A DNA stretch of 64,000 nucleotides, taken from Chthoniobacterales bacterium. Lineage in GTDB: Bacteria; Verrucomicrobiota; Verrucomicrobiia; Chthoniobacterales; JACTMZ01. Below, piece by piece: positions 62,524-64,000 of this stretch (position 1 is its first letter; the number at the start of each line of letters is the position of its first letter). The notes under the pieces are model-generated. The model did not search any database. It was given only the letters and a program-made list of their open reading frames with translations, and was not told the origin of the DNA. The stretch lies in contig VEQL01000012.1 of the NCBI GenBank assembly GCA_018883245.1, forward strand, positions 3,079-67,078. The letters run 5' to 3'. Made by a program: the position numbers and the translations under genes.

Positions 62524-64000
62524 CATGAAAAGAATTCTGTCGATTGCCCTTGGATTTGCCCTTCAGGGCACGAGTCTGCAAGCCGCCGATCTGCTCGTCG
62601 CGATGAGCGGCGGTGGAACGGTGGAGCGCTATGATTCCAGCACCGGCAAGCATGTTGGGACCTTCATACCGCGGGTCGATCGGCCCAACGCGCTGGCCTA
62701 CGGGCCGGACGGTGCGTTGTATGTGGCCACGGGAGCGGTCGGTGGGCCGGGGGCGGTCAAAAAATTCCATGGCGTCACCGGTCGGTTTCTCGGCGATTTC
62801 ATTGCCGTGCCGGCGGGACAGCCCGGCCACCTCGCGCGCGCCTCGGATCTCGTCTGGCATGAGGGCGATTGCTTTGTGGTGAGTTGCGATGACAGCAAGG
62901 TGCATCGCTACGATGGCAAGACGGGCGCGTTCAAGGGCACGGTGGCGACGGGAAATCCGAAGGGTTGGATCACGCAGATCGCGGTGCGGGACGGGGCGGT
63001 GTTCACCACTGAGTTTAACGAGGCGCGCATCCGGCGGTTTCCGCTGGCAGATGGCGAGCCTGAGGTGTTTGTGGAACAGGCGGGGTTTACGCCGTGGGGC
63101 ATTGCCTTCGATCAAGGCGGACGCTGCTGGTGGAGCGGGAGCGGCGGCATCGCACGCTTTGACGGCAAGACGAATGCGGTGGTCGTGCCCGCAAGCGAGG
63201 TGACCACCCCGGTTGCGCTGGCGGTTTCCCCGGACGGGCAGATCGTGTGTTCGAGCAATGGCAGGCAAAGCGTGACCGTATGGGATATTTCCCAAGAGGC
63301 TCCCAAGCTTCTACAAACGATCACCGGCCCGGAAGTGCGCGACCCGGCGGGCGTGACCTTCACCACGCAGCCCTTCGAGGCTCCGGCCCAGTTTGGCAAT
63401 TTCGTGCCGCAGCCCTCGAACACCGGCCGCGACTGGACGCCGACGGGAACAACGATCTACAATCTCCGCGCCGATGCCGCGTTCCCGGTCATCGCCGAGT
63501 TCGGCCTCGACACCGAGGGCGGCGACCGGGCGAAGACCCAGCTCCTGCGCGAGCCGATGAGGCTCGTGTTCACGCTTGCAGACGGACGCACGGTGGATGC
63601 CTGGGATGTGTCGGCGAAACGGCAACTCACGCCCGGCAAAGTGGTGTATCAATTCAGCCCGGCCGAGGGGATCGATGCCCGCTGGTCGGTTTGGACGGAG
63701 AACGAGCATCTGCGGATGAGCCTCGCGCTCGACGGAGCGAATGCCGGACAGGTGACCAAAGCCGAATTGCTCATTCCCTTCGATCCGCGTGCGATGGGCA
63801 CCACGATTCTCGCAGAGGAATGGGGCAACGACGGAGCGGTCAAGGCACCGCTCATCATCAGCGCGCTCGACATGGGCCAGCTGCGGCTCAGCGGTGCCGG
63901 CTCCGACGAGGCGCTTGCCTGCCGCTTCACCGGCAGCCGACACCACAAGCGCATCGACCTGCGCGTCGCGTTTCCCGGCGCGGGCAATGGCGAGATCGTC
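62524..64000 (+). CDS. secreted NHL/SMP-30-like beta-propeller fused to a domain shared with the 53116..55671 protein (partial, runs off the window)
   Basis: Absent from the ORF track because it has no stop in the window. I translated it by hand: MKRILSIALGFALQGTSLQAADLLVAMSGGGTVERYD...ALAYGPDGALYVAT...VALAVSPDGQIVCSS (propeller blades), then FGLDTEGGDRAKTQLLREPMRL. The last stretch parallels LGLDTEGGGREKMNLLREPASV in the 53116 protein. No in-frame stop through 64000. Confidence 0.65.

Noticed and set aside
62282-63295. 337-aa minus-strand ORF, the only long track entry near the window end.
   Set aside because: It is antisense to a plus-strand frame that stays open for 492 codons, with a signal peptide, beta-propeller blades and homology to a neighbouring protein. 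The plus-strand gene was missed by the track only because it lacks a stop in the window.
1-64000. Searched by eye for CRISPR arrays, rRNA/tRNA genes, transposases, integrases, phage genes, toxin-antitoxin pairs and defence-system hallmarks.
   Set aside because: None were seen. The only repeats are the leader cassette, the junction element, two micro-tandem repeats and paralogous coding segments. A computational scan (tRNAscan-SE, Infernal, ISEScan, DefenseFinder) is still needed to exclude small RNAs.

Overview
GC-rich bacterial chromosomal window, roughly 60-65% G+C by eye (not computed). It has many 4-nt ATGA/GTGA start/stop overlaps and many long spurious antisense ORFs, as expected at this GC content. 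I found no rRNA, tRNA, CRISPR array, transposase or integrase. Protein styles (LamG-glycosidase fusions, a STAS-MlaE fusion, recurring MKNQTLRF-type signal peptides, weak Shine-Dalgarno usage) suggest Verrucomicrobiota, possibly Opitutaceae-like; this is inference only. Positions 1-29 kb are housekeeping. They hold a nucleotidyltransferase tail, an AmgK-like kinase and glgE (translationally coupled), then cysK, a PfkB kinase, a RumA-type rRNA methyltransferase and a STAS-MlaE/MlaF/MlaD/PqiC-like lipid-transport operon with a convergent beta-barrel protein. These are followed by nadB, panC, secG, argA, the dnaA-dnaN replication locus, polX, ispA, kdsD, efp, menB and aroC. Positions 29-64 kb are a glycan-degradation island. 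It starts with a GH43-like gene and rhaM on the minus strand. An AraR-like regulator follows, then a 33 kb same-strand array: two GH38, two GH2 (one with LamG, one with PA14), stand-alone and fused LamG modules, two six-hairpin enzymes, a GH42-like lipoprotein, a sulfatase, two GH36-like paralogs (one with NPCBM) and a beta-propeller fusion running off the window end. No transporter is present in the array. The most unusual features are non-coding or mini-coding elements inside this island. One is a 185-nt leader cassette present twice at about 96% identity, carrying a conserved 30-codon uORF that ends in an ATGA overlap. Another is a 61-nt gene-junction element present twice. A third is a 76-codon Tat-signal mini-ORF coupled to a signal-less GH38. 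All family calls come from motif recognition by eye; no database search was possible.
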